A stretch of DNA of 64,000 nucleotides from an uncultured Halioglobus sp. GTDB taxonomy: Bacteria; Pseudomonadota; Gammaproteobacteria; Pseudomonadales; Halieaceae. Position numbers and translations under genes: made by a program. Shown in pieces: positions 49,639 to 58,737 of the stretch; the stretch's first letter is position 1, and each line of letters opens with the position of its first letter. The notes beneath the pieces are model-generated. The model had not been told where the DNA came from. It saw only the letters and a list, made by a program, of their open reading frames with translations, and did no database searches. The stretch spans positions 2,559 through 66,558 of the forward strand of contig CAXBLZ010000005.1 in NCBI GenBank assembly GCA_963976735.1, read 5' to 3'.

Positions 49639-50337
49639 TCAGTGAATGGGTGTGCCGAGCTTCTTCGCCACCCAGTACCATACGGCGGCATTGAGGTTCA
49701 GACCGATATGGCTGCCCAGCACTTCTATGTTGTGCACGTGGTGATCATCACCGGGTTGCAGGGAGGTGCGCCAGTTCACGATGCCATCGGCTTTGGTATA
49801 AATCGCGGTGGTCGGCACCGGCGGCGGCAGGCACAGGCTGGCATCCGCGCGCCGGTCATCTGTTTGCGGGTTCAGGCGCTGGTACAGGCGGCTGGCGTGC
49901 GATGCGTGCTGTCGCCCGGCACCGAACGGGCTGCCGAGCGTGATGACCTGCGCAATATGATCCGGGTCGCTGCGCGCAATCTCGCGGGCGTAGATACCAC
50001 CGAGTGAATGGCCGATCAGGGCGACCTTGCCATTGCCAGCCTCTATCAGCGGCTCTAGCGCGGCGCGCAGCGCATCCTCGTTAAAGCTCTGTGTGCCCAG
50101 GTTGCGGCCCTGGCCCCAGCCGGAAGCGGTGTAGCCGAGGTGGCGCAGGAACCGGATCAGCGGTGCATTGCCCCGGTCGTCGCCGAGAAAGCCGGGAATC
50201 ACCATCACGCTCTGTGGGTATTGCGTGGGCTTCAGCCGGCGCAGCAGTGGGGCCGCCATGTTGAGGATGGCTACATCTGCCAGCGCGCGCGGCCCATCGC
50301 TCAGCGCCAGCAACAGATTGGGCGGCCGCATATTCAT
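49639..50337 (-). CDS. Alpha/beta hydrolase (lipase/esterase-like)
   Basis: IPGFLG, GHSLGG nucleophile elbow, DGIV, SHIG. ATGA overlap with the WS/DGAT gene. Confidence 0.9.
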   Translation of the reverse strand: MNMRPPNLLLALSDGPRALADVAILNMAAPLLRRLKPTQYPQSVMVIPGFLGDDRGNAPLIRFLRHLGYTASGWGQGRNLGTQSFNEDALRAALEPLIEAGNGKVALIGHSLGGIYAREIARSDPDHIAQVITLGSPFGAGRQHASHASRLYQRLNPQTDDRRADASLCLPPPVPTTAIYTKADGIVNWRTSLQPGDDHHVHNIEVLGSHIGLNLNAAVWYWVAKKLGTPIH

Positions 50338-51827
50338 GCAGCGCTCCTTGTGTTGCGGGATTTGGCCTTGCGGGCCGGGACGCGCGATTTCCTTTTCGCT
50401 GCCGGCGCCGGCGCGGACGCCGCGTTGGCCGCTGTCAGCAGTTCGTCAAAGCTTGCCTGCAGGCATTCCCGGTAGAACGCCGGGTCCGGCATCATCACCC
50501 GGCAACTGGTCGCACTGATGACGAATTGGCCACAGTAACTGCTGATCACGTGGAACAGGCCGAGCCCATCCTGTACCGGCCCGGTGCCGTAGTTGGCGAC
50601 CATTTTTGCGCCGGTGTTGTACAGCGGGATTGGGGGGCCGGGAACGTTGGTGATCACACAGTTGAACTGCGGGCTGATACGGTTCATCAGTCCCCAGCGG
50701 CTGGCCAGTCGCGCCGCCTGTGCGGTCAGTGTAGCGGGTATGAACTGCGAGTAGTCCGTCATGGTCTTGGCACCGATCGCGTTGGTCAGCTCCTTCGCCC
50801 TGCTGCTGCTTTCGTGTACTGCCTGCAGGCGCTGCAGCGGGTCTGCGACGTCGCTGCGCACCTGCACCGTCATGCTGGCGACGATATTGCCGCCGGTTTT
50901 GTCCTTGTCCGAGCGCACGTTGACAGGCGCCATCGCGGCCAGCGACTGTTCGGGGAGCTCATCGTGCGCTTGCAGGTATTTACGCAGGGCGCCGCCGACG
51001 ATGGTAATCGCCGCATCGTTGACGGTAGCGCCGGGCACTGCGTTCTTGATTTTCTTCACATCGTCCAGTGGTACGTTAATAGCATCAAACACCCGGTGTG
51101 GTGAGACGCTGTCGTTAAACCGGGTGCGCGGGATGTCCGTAACCCTGCTCAACTTTCCCCTGGACAGGCCGGCCACGACCCTGGCCAGGCCCGGCACCGT
51201 GTTTCTGGCCACGCTCAGCAGGTGAAAGGGCTTGCGAATACTGTTGTACTGCGAACGGATGACCATCTCCAGCGCTGAGGGCTGACTATCGACACTGATG
51301 GTGGCGGCGGTGTGCGTGCGTTTGTAATCCGCCGACAGATCATGCATCGCCGCCGTCAACTCCATCCCCGAGGTGCCGTCGATGGCCGCGTGGTGTGTCT
51401 TGGAGAACATCGCAAAGCTGCCTTTGGGCACGCCCTCAACGTTGTCCAGGCCTTCAATGATGTACAGCTCCCACAATGGGTGGGCGCGGTCCAGCGGGCG
51501 CGCGTGCAAGCGGGAGATGACGATGCACAACTGCCGCCAGTCGCCCGGTTTGGGCAGCGCAATGTGGCGGATATGAAACTCGGGGTCGAAAGCGCCGTCG
51601 GTCACCCAGTAAGGGTGATCCAGGTTCATGGGCACGGTAACGAGTTTTTGCGTCATCACAGGCATGGCCATCAGGCGGTTGTGGGTGTTTGCGATAATAT
51701 CCTTGAACCGCACTTTGCCGCCGGGCGCGGTGGACTGGTCGTAAATGGACAGGCCCGAGATATGCATCGGGGCGTTGGGGGTTTCCAGATACAGGAAGGA
51801 GGCGTCGAGCCCGGTAAGTTGTTTCAT
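50334..51827 (-). CDS. Wax ester synthase/diacylglycerol acyltransferase (WS/DGAT)
   Basis: LDASFLYLETP, PLWELYII, HHAAIDG catalytic motif, TVND, ITNVPGP. Confidence 0.96.
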   Translation of the reverse strand: MKQLTGLDASFLYLETPNAPMHISGLSIYDQSTAPGGKVRFKDIIANTHNRLMAMPVMTQKLVTVPMNLDHPYWVTDGAFDPEFHIRHIALPKPGDWRQLCIVISRLHARPLDRAHPLWELYIIEGLDNVEGVPKGSFAMFSKTHHAAIDGTSGMELTAAMHDLSADYKRTHTAATISVDSQPSALEMVIRSQYNSIRKPFHLLSVARNTVPGLARVVAGLSRGKLSRVTDIPRTRFNDSVSPHRVFDAINVPLDDVKKIKNAVPGATVNDAAITIVGGALRKYLQAHDELPEQSLAAMAPVNVRSDKDKTGGNIVASMTVQVRSDVADPLQRLQAVHESSSRAKELTNAIGAKTMTDYSQFIPATLTAQAARLASRWGLMNRISPQFNCVITNVPGPPIPLYNTGAKMVANYGTGPVQDGLGLFHVISSYCGQFVISATSCRVMMPDPAFYRECLQASFDELLTAANAASAPAPAAKRKSRVPARKAKSRNTRSAA

Positions 51828-52077
51828 GGCAGTGGCTTTCCTGCTGCGTCCCGCGGGTGAAAGCGCGCCCTTGGGATGTGAGTGAATGGTTCGTTGGTAG
51901 CGCCAGGCCCACAGCGGCGCCGAACTCGGTTATGGCATGCAGGCTGACCCAAGATCCCGCTTCGGTCAAGCTTTAAACGGTGGGATTTGCGCCGATACCT
52001 TGACTCGCCCGCCTTCGTTTTTCGCTGCCAGACATGCTAGCCTAGTGCATGCAATTCAACAGCGGGGCTGTCGGAAA

Positions 52078-52437
52078 ATGAAACATGCAATCACTGCGCT
52101 CGCGGCGTTGTTGGCGTTGTCCGGGTGCACTACCACCGACGAAATCATTATTGACCAGAAAGGCGTCAATATGGCGGCCTACCAGCAGGATCTGGCCGAG
52201 TGCAAAACCTACTCTGAATCGGTCCAGACCGGTGAGAAGGCCGGTGTCGGCGCGGCCTCAGGTGCCGTGGTGGGTGGCTTGATTGGCGCGATTACCGGGG
52301 GCAGTGAGGGCGCGGTCAAAGGTGCCGGGGTCGGTGCTGTCGGCGGTGGCGCCAAGGGCGTGAGCCAGGGGGCGCAGGAGGAGGTGCAGGTGGTCAAGAA
52401 CTGCCTCCGCGGCAGAGGCTACCGCGTCCTCAACTAG
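52078..52437 (+). CDS. Glycine-zipper lipoprotein
   Basis: MKHAITALAALLALSGC lipobox, DLAEC, GxxxG repeats, CLRGRGY end. Confidence 0.88.
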   Translation: MKHAITALAALLALSGCTTTDEIIIDQKGVNMAAYQQDLAECKTYSESVQTGEKAGVGAASGAVVGGLIGAITGGSEGAVKGAGVGAVGGGAKGVSQGAQEEVQVVKNCLRGRGYRVLN

Positions 52438-52567
52438 TACTCTCTGGTTGTGATCTGGAAGGCGCCAGATAGCCCTGTTTTCATCAGGGCTGCTAACTGT
52501 GTTATGTTTTGGCCGGGACAATGCCAATTGTCCACCCCAAGATACTAATAACCAGTTGGAGCCCGCC

Positions 52568-53848
52568 ATGGCGATACACTGTTTCCGTTCCACCAGAACG
52601 CATCTCGACGGTCGAATTCACCCGGATTTTGCGCCTGTGGAGGCCACCCTGCGCGATATGTTGCGCAATTATCGCGGCGGCGCTGCGGTCTGCGTCTACC
52701 ACCGCGGCGAGTGCGTGGTGGATCTGTGGGGAGGGTACAAGGACGACCAGGGGGGCCTCTGGAGCCGCGACACGATGGCGCCGAGCTTCTCCACCACCAA
52801 GGGTGTGGCGGCGACCCTGCTGCATATCTATGCCGATCGTGGGCTTATCGATTACGACGCCCGGGTGTCGCAGTACTGGCCGGAGTTCGGGCAGGCGGGA
52901 AAGGAAGACATCACGGTGCGGCAGGTGCTGGCGCATCAATCCGGCCTCTACCATATCCGCCAGATGATCGATCACGTGGATCGCATGCTGGACTGGAAGT
53001 ATATGATCCGCGTGATCGAGCAGGCCGAGCCGGCGCATGTTCCCGGCACCCGCACCGGTTATCACGGCCTGACCTTTGGTTTTCTGGTGGGGGAGATTAT
53101 TCAGCGTGTCACCGGCAAGAAGTTTTCCGATCTGGTGCAGAAAGAAATCGCCCGACCGTTAAAACTGGATGGTTTATACATCGGCACCCCGGCGCGGGAG
53201 ATACCGCGTGCGGCACAGTTGATCTTCCCCGATTCCACCAGGCGGCTGGCGCAGACCTCGCTGGGCAGCAAGATCGAGATCAATGCCAGTCGCGTCAGCT
53301 CGCTGTTGCGACGGGTCGGCATCGACTCCGACCTGTCCAGTATTTTCGATGCGCTTGCGCCGCGCGGGGTGAGTGACTTTGATTTCGGGTCGCCGGAGTC
53401 GCTGCGGGTTGCGATTCCGGCGGCGAACGGCTTGTTTACCGCGCGTTCGCTGGCCAGACTCTACGCCCTGCTCGGCAACGGTGGCGAAATGGACGGGGTG
53501 CGCCTGTTGTCGCAGCAGACACTGAAACGCGCTACCACGCTGCAAAAACCCACTGGCAAGCTTTCAGTCATTCCCTTCGATATGCGCTGGCGGCTGGGCT
53601 ACCACGGCGTCGCGACCACCAAAGGCTTCCCGCGCGAGGCGTTTGGGCACTTCGGTTTCGGCGGCTCGGGTGCGTGGGCCGACCCGAAAAGTAGCCTCTC
53701 AGTGGCGCTGATTGTCAACAGTGGCCTGGGCACGCCCTTTGGCGACCTGCGTACGGCGCGCATCGGCGGCGCGGCATTGAGCTGCGCCAATGCGCGGTCC
53801 AGGCCGGCAGGGCTGTTGAAAGAGCCAGTCGCCATCAAGGTTGCCTGA
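52568..53848 (+). CDS. Serine hydrolase (class C beta-lactamase-like esterase)
   Basis: FSTTK (SxxK), LAHQSGL, GYHGLTFG, PAANG, FGHFGFGGS. Confidence 0.92.
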   Translation: MAIHCFRSTRTHLDGRIHPDFAPVEATLRDMLRNYRGGAAVCVYHRGECVVDLWGGYKDDQGGLWSRDTMAPSFSTTKGVAATLLHIYADRGLIDYDARVSQYWPEFGQAGKEDITVRQVLAHQSGLYHIRQMIDHVDRMLDWKYMIRVIEQAEPAHVPGTRTGYHGLTFGFLVGEIIQRVTGKKFSDLVQKEIARPLKLDGLYIGTPAREIPRAAQLIFPDSTRRLAQTSLGSKIEINASRVSSLLRRVGIDSDLSSIFDALAPRGVSDFDFGSPESLRVAIPAANGLFTARSLARLYALLGNGGEMDGVRLLSQQTLKRATTLQKPTGKLSVIPFDMRWRLGYHGVATTKGFPREAFGHFGFGGSGAWADPKSSLSVALIVNSGLGTPFGDLRTARIGGAALSCANARSRPAGLLKEPVAIKVA

Positions 53849-53961
53849 TTCGCTGGGGCGGGCGCGAGTGCGGGACGTAGAGCGCAATTTCTACACAAAA
53901 TCGCGGCTGTCCCGGCAATTGGCGGCGCCGTATACTCGCGAATTTTACCGGTAGTGATCCG

Positions 53962-54717
53962 ATGGCCACTAGACCCTATCTCAATTCCGCTGTTCTGGAT
54001 GCCATTGATCCCGCCCAATTCCAGGCTAGATCGCCGTTCCCCTGGGTGAACCCGCAGAATTTCATCGATCCCGAGCACTACGAAGAACTGTTGCAAAGCC
54101 TGCCGGAACTGGGGCGTTTCAATGCGTTTTTCGGCAAACAGCGCAAGCATGGGCAGGCCAGCCACGATCGCTACATACTGGATTACGAGCGGGGCATGGA
54201 ACTGGCGCCTGCATGGACTGATTTCATCGAGGAGTTGTGCAGCGACAACTATCGCAAGTTTGTCTGTCGGCTGCTGGATGTGTCCAGCGTGCGGTTTCGC
54301 TTCCACTGGCATTTCACGCCGAACGGCGGTGAGGTTTCGCCGCACTGCGATTCAAAGGGAAAAATCGGCTCGCAGATTTTTTACCTGAACACGGAGAACG
54401 ACTGGGACTGGAGCTGGGGCGGAGAGACGGTCATTCTCGACGACAAGGGCCGCTTTTCGTCCGACACCGCACCGTCATTTGATGATTTCGACGCGGCCTA
54501 CCCGGCCGAGACCAGGGATAACCGCAGTATCCTGTTCGGTCGCCGCGGCAATTCCTGGCACGGGGTGCGACGCATCAATTGTCCGGATAACTACTTCCGC
54601 AAGGTGTTTATCGTGGTTTTTGAGGAACACCGGCCGCTGCGGATGGTGGTCAAGAAGACGCGACGCCTGTTCACCGGTGCACCGTTGGTGACAGAAAAAG
54701 AGCGTTTGATGTACTGA
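53962..54717 (+). CDS. 2OG-Fe(II) oxygenase
   Basis: PHCD (HxD), WGGET, SWHGV and a distal R. Confidence 0.85.
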   Translation: MATRPYLNSAVLDAIDPAQFQARSPFPWVNPQNFIDPEHYEELLQSLPELGRFNAFFGKQRKHGQASHDRYILDYERGMELAPAWTDFIEELCSDNYRKFVCRLLDVSSVRFRFHWHFTPNGGEVSPHCDSKGKIGSQIFYLNTENDWDWSWGGETVILDDKGRFSSDTAPSFDDFDAAYPAETRDNRSILFGRRGNSWHGVRRINCPDNYFRKVFIVVFEEHRPLRMVVKKTRRLFTGAPLVTEKERLMY

Positions 54718-54743
54718 GTGGTATCGCGCTCGATTGTCCCGCG

Positions 54744-56021
54744 CTAGCGCCGCCGCGCGGCTAGTTCGCCGAGTTCCTGATAGAGCGCCGTGTAGTGATC
54801 AAGGCTGTGCTGCTGGTCGACATTCTCCACCACGTAGCGTTGTCCCCGCTGGCCAAACGCTTGTCCCAGCGCCTCGTCCCGTAACAGGCCCTTGAGCGCC
54901 GCTGCGATAGCGCCGGGCTCCCGCGCCACCAGTTGATAGTGTTCATCGGCGGTACCGATGCCGGCGGAGATGCCGAGAAACGGCGTGACCAGACACGGCA
55001 GCCCGGTGGCCATGGCTTCCAGCACCGAGTTAGGGGTGCCCTCGCGACTCGAGGCGAGCACGAACAGGTCGGCGGCGCGCAGGTAGTTGTCCACATCGTC
55101 CACAATGCCGGCGAAATGCACCTGCTCCGGGGCCGCTGAGCTCGCCACCAGCGCCTCGACGTCGGCGCCGAATTTTTGCAGCTTCGGGTCGTGGGTATCG
55201 GCGCGCGGCCCGACAAACATCACGTGGGTATCGGGCCAGTCCTGCAGTACCTGGCGCCAGGCCTGTAAAAGTATATCGGGCCCCTTGCGTGGCATGATGG
55301 CCCCTACCGACACGATGACCTTGTGCCCCTCGGGAATGCCAAAACGGGCCCGCAGCGAGGCCCTGGCCTGCTGGTCTTCGGCCGATCGCGGCGGGTGGAA
55401 ACGCTGCAGATTCACGCCATTGGGGATGTACTCAATGCGTGTGGTAACGCCGATCTCACGCAGGAATACCTCTATCGCCTGGCTGTTGGTGACCAGGGCA
55501 TCGAAGCTGTTGTATACGCGCTGGTAACCGCGTTTGCGAAAGATGCGTTTCAGCGGCTTCTGCTGCCAGGTGGGGAATTGCGACACGGAGTAGACGGTGG
55601 CGACGCCGCTGGCCTTCAGGCGGCGCAGCCAGGGCAGGGCCTGCGGGCGCATATTGGTCAGAAGCTGTGCCACCGTCGGCCCCTCGGTGGGCTGTTGGCA
55701 CACCTCCAGCAGGGCATCGTAGTAGATCTGCGTGCGTGAGCGGCTCTTGCTGTCGGGCAGGCGGATGCGCTCGAGCGGGGCCCCGTCCAGGGTGATAGGC
55801 GACAGCCAGGTGCCCGGCGCTGCCTGGTACCAGCTTTTGTCCGTGTCAGCCTCGCTGCGCTCCTGAATCTGCGGCGTCCCCGTCATCACACGTACATCCA
55901 GCCCGCGATCCAGCAAGCCCGGGATATAGCTGCGATAGCGGTTCTGGGCGCCGCCGTAGGTGGGATAAAAATGGGGGGACGTCAGCCACAGTCTCGTGCG
56001 CTTGTATTGGATTGACGAGAT
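54744..56021 (-). CDS. Glycosyltransferase family 4 (start codon non-canonical, probably ATC)
   Basis: GT-B motifs IPNGV, VGAIMPRKG, REGTPNSVLEAMATG. The frame stays open upstream of the TTG at 55916 through RLWLTSPHFYPTYGGAQ, with only ATC/CTG candidates. Confidence 0.88.
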   Translation of the reverse strand: MSSIQYKRTRLWLTSPHFYPTYGGAQNRYRSYIPGLLDRGLDVRVMTGTPQIQERSEADTDKSWYQAAPGTWLSPITLDGAPLERIRLPDSKSRSRTQIYYDALLEVCQQPTEGPTVAQLLTNMRPQALPWLRRLKASGVATVYSVSQFPTWQQKPLKRIFRKRGYQRVYNSFDALVTNSQAIEVFLREIGVTTRIEYIPNGVNLQRFHPPRSAEDQQARASLRARFGIPEGHKVIVSVGAIMPRKGPDILLQAWRQVLQDWPDTHVMFVGPRADTHDPKLQKFGADVEALVASSAAPEQVHFAGIVDDVDNYLRAADLFVLASSREGTPNSVLEAMATGLPCLVTPFLGISAGIGTADEHYQLVAREPGAIAAALKGLLRDEALGQAFGQRGQRYVVENVDQQHSLDHYTALYQELGELAARRR

Positions 56022-56248
56022 AGGACGTTCCCCCTGCTGTGTAGGACGGGTTGAGTGCGAAGTTCGCGCATTCTATCTGAATGCGGGAGCCCGGAAAACT
56101 GTATCGGTGCGCAGACAGGCAGGCAAAATCTACCTGGCGATGGCCAAACTGGACAGGCGATTCAGCTGACATATAATGGCTTGCACTCACCAGTGCGTAT
56201 TAGAGCGATTGCCCCATCCGCAGTGGATCATAATACGGGATTCATCTG

Positions 56249-57637
56249 ATGTCGCTTCAGGCAAAACAGGTTGGGCCGCAGCAGGCCAGTCCGCAACGGG
56301 TTGCATTCTTGCTGGATAACCTCAATGGCGGTGGTGCCGAACGGGTTGTTTTGTCCATGGCCTCGGGGTTTGCATCGCTTGGATATGAGGTTGATCTGCT
56401 GGTGTGCGAACTGCAGGGTGAGCTGTGCGGTAGCGTGCCGCCCGGCGTCAATCTGGTGGTATTGCAACCCGTGGGCAAATTGGCCGGCCTGGGCGCCGCT
56501 ATCCGGCGAGCTGGCTGGCGTGGCCTGCGCGGAATTCTGTTCTGGCTGGCATCGGCCCGGAAAATCCCACGCAGTTTCCGCTACATTCGCGATATCAGTG
56601 ATTACCTCGAAACCACTCGCCCCGCGGTGATTTCCTCTGCGCTGGGCAAATCGAGTATCAGTGCTATTTTGGCGGCATCCGGCCTGGATGTGCCGACCCG
56701 CGTATTTGTGGGCGTCCATATCGCGCTGTCTATTCGCAGCGAGCAGAGCCGAAAAAGCGGCAAGGGACAGGCGTACAGCATGGTGCCGATGTTCCGCTAC
56801 AGTTTCGCCAGGGCCGACGGTGTTATCGCCGCTTCTCGCGGTGTGGCTGAGGATGCAATCAGTCTCTTGGGCCTGGATCCGGATCGCGTGCATGTGGTCT
56901 ACAACCCTGTCGCCGAGGCCGAACTGGCCGGTGAGCCCAGCGGCGTTTTCACTCACCCATGGTTTCGGCCTGGTTCTCCACCGGTCGTCCTCGGTATGGG
57001 GCGCCTGGTCGAGCAAAAAAACTTTCCCCTGCTGATACGAGCGTTTGCCGCCGTGCGCCGGCGCGTCGATGCGCGGCTGGTTATTCTCGGGGGCGACAAG
57101 TCCTCCGCTGAACAGATGGCCCATCGTCAGGAATTGCAGAACCTGGCCACAGAACTGGGCGTTGGAGAGGATATCGCCCTGCCCGGTTATCAGCGCGATC
57201 CCCATACCTTCCTGCGGGCGGCGCGGGTATTTGTGCTGTCGTCCAACTTTGAGGGGTTTGGCAATGTGCTGGTGGAAGCGCTGTTGGAAGGGTGTCCGGT
57301 GGTGAGTACCGACTGCCCCAGCGGACCTTCCGAGATTCTGGAAAACGGGCGGTATGGCAAATTGGTGCCGGTCAATGATGTGGCGCGGTTGTCGGAGGCA
57401 ATTCTGGATAGCCTGGCGTCTGAACCGGATTCAGACATGCTGCGCCAGCGTGGACGAGAATTCTCACTGGAGCGTGCGGTGGAGGGATATCACCGGATAT
57501 TTTTTGGCGAGAGCCCCGCCTGCCTGCCCGGCGAGCCGGACCTGTCATCGTCGGTCAAGTCCAGCTCGTACGCCACCAGGCAGGCCAATGGTAGCCACAG
57601 AATGATCCACAGTTCCCTGGGCCGGGTGATCATCTGA
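56249..57637 (+). CDS. Glycosyltransferase family 4
   Basis: GGGAERV, VVYNPV, GRLVEQKNF, EGFGNVLVEALLEGCPVVSTDCPSGPSEIL. The C-terminal tail overlaps the convergent gene. Confidence 0.93.
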   Translation: MSLQAKQVGPQQASPQRVAFLLDNLNGGGAERVVLSMASGFASLGYEVDLLVCELQGELCGSVPPGVNLVVLQPVGKLAGLGAAIRRAGWRGLRGILFWLASARKIPRSFRYIRDISDYLETTRPAVISSALGKSSISAILAASGLDVPTRVFVGVHIALSIRSEQSRKSGKGQAYSMVPMFRYSFARADGVIAASRGVAEDAISLLGLDPDRVHVVYNPVAEAELAGEPSGVFTHPWFRPGSPPVVLGMGRLVEQKNFPLLIRAFAAVRRRVDARLVILGGDKSSAEQMAHRQELQNLATELGVGEDIALPGYQRDPHTFLRAARVFVLSSNFEGFGNVLVEALLEGCPVVSTDCPSGPSEILENGRYGKLVPVNDVARLSEAILDSLASEPDSDMLRQRGREFSLERAVEGYHRIFFGESPACLPGEPDLSSSVKSSSYATRQANGSHRMIHSSLGRVII

Positions 57638-58737
57638 TCGGTGTCGACGAGCACGCAGATCACGCCAAGCGCGAACAGGCACAGATAGCGCGCGCGACGC
57701 ACGGTGAATACCATTTTGAAAGCGGTTTGCAGCGCCAGCCCGTAGACCGCGAGTAACAGCAGCAGTCCAACCATGCCGCCGTCGCGCAGGGTTGCGAGAA
57801 AACTGCTGTGGGCGTAGTTCAGGATGCTCGGCTTGCCGTCTGGCAGTAAAACAATCTCTGGTTGGAAGCCATACCCAAAAATAGGAGCGGCTTGCCACTG
57901 CTCCAGTATGCGCTCCCAGATCGGAAACCTTGCTACAAAACCGAGATCGGTCGCCGCGTTCAACAAACCCAGAGACCAGACCAGGTAGAGACTGGCAGCC
58001 ACACCAATGGCAAGCCCGATAACCAGTGCCGGTGGCGCCCGGCGACGGTCGAGAAGAAACAGCAGTGCGCAGGCCGAGGCCATCGCCAGCAGGCCGGTAT
58101 TGCTCTGGGTCAGGATCACAAAAAACACGATTATCATCAGTCCCGCAGCGTGGACATAAGCCAGCTTTTCACCCCAGTGCCGTCGCGCGTAATCCAGTGC
58201 GATAACGCCAAAAAAACCGTAAATGAAAGCGCTCGGGTTCGGGTTGTCGGTAATGCCCAGGCCAATCAGGCGATTGTCCGTCAACGCCGGCAGCAGCATC
58301 AGATCCTCAAAGGTGACGATGGAAACGGCCGCGGCGAGGATAGCCACCAGGGTGACCGCCTCCATGATCGCATCCGGCAATTGTCGATTGCGTTCAAACC
58401 AGTACACCGTCAGCAGAATAAAAACGAGTATATACGCAGTGTACCGGGCATCGCGCCACAGCGTAGCGACGGAAAAGTCAGTGCTCCACAGCGAGCTCGA
58501 CAACATGTAGGCCAGATAGGCCAGCAGGCTCAGCCAGATGCGGCTTCTCATGCACAGTTTTAATGTTTGCGGCAGCAGGAACAGACCGGGCAGGAATACG
58601 GCGGCAATATAAAACTTGTAGTTGTCCACAGCGTTAGGGACGAAGTAAAAACCCGCGAGGAACAGCGTATAGGTTGCGAAAACGACATTCGCCAGACTCC
58701 AGCGACGATCGCGATCCGGAAAAGACAGGTTCAGCAC
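57490..58737 (-). CDS. O-antigen ligase/polymerase (WaaL/Wzy_C)-like membrane protein
   Basis: About 12 TM helices, TQSNTG, periplasmic RFPIW..P.FGYGF, HSSFL..L.DGGMVG. GTG 58737 overlaps the GT2 stop. Confidence 0.82.
   Translation of the reverse strand: MLNLSFPDRDRRWSLANVVFATYTLFLAGFYFVPNAVDNYKFYIAAVFLPGLFLLPQTLKLCMRSRIWLSLLAYLAYMLSSSLWSTDFSVATLWRDARYTAYILVFILLTVYWFERNRQLPDAIMEAVTLVAILAAAVSIVTFEDLMLLPALTDNRLIGLGITDNPNPSAFIYGFFGVIALDYARRHWGEKLAYVHAAGLMIIVFFVILTQSNTGLLAMASACALLFLLDRRRAPPALVIGLAIGVAASLYLVWSLGLLNAATDLGFVARFPIWERILEQWQAAPIFGYGFQPEIVLLPDGKPSILNYAHSSFLATLRDGGMVGLLLLLAVYGLALQTAFKMVFTVRRARYLCLFALGVICVLVDTDQMITRPRELWIILWLPLACLVAYELDLTDDDRSGSPGRQAGLSPKNIR

Noticed and set aside
9976-52532. 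GACAAT...ATTGTC inverted pairs at about 9976, 45405 and 52516
   Set aside because: The spacers differ (12, 9 and 4 bp), so a shared regulator is unlikely.
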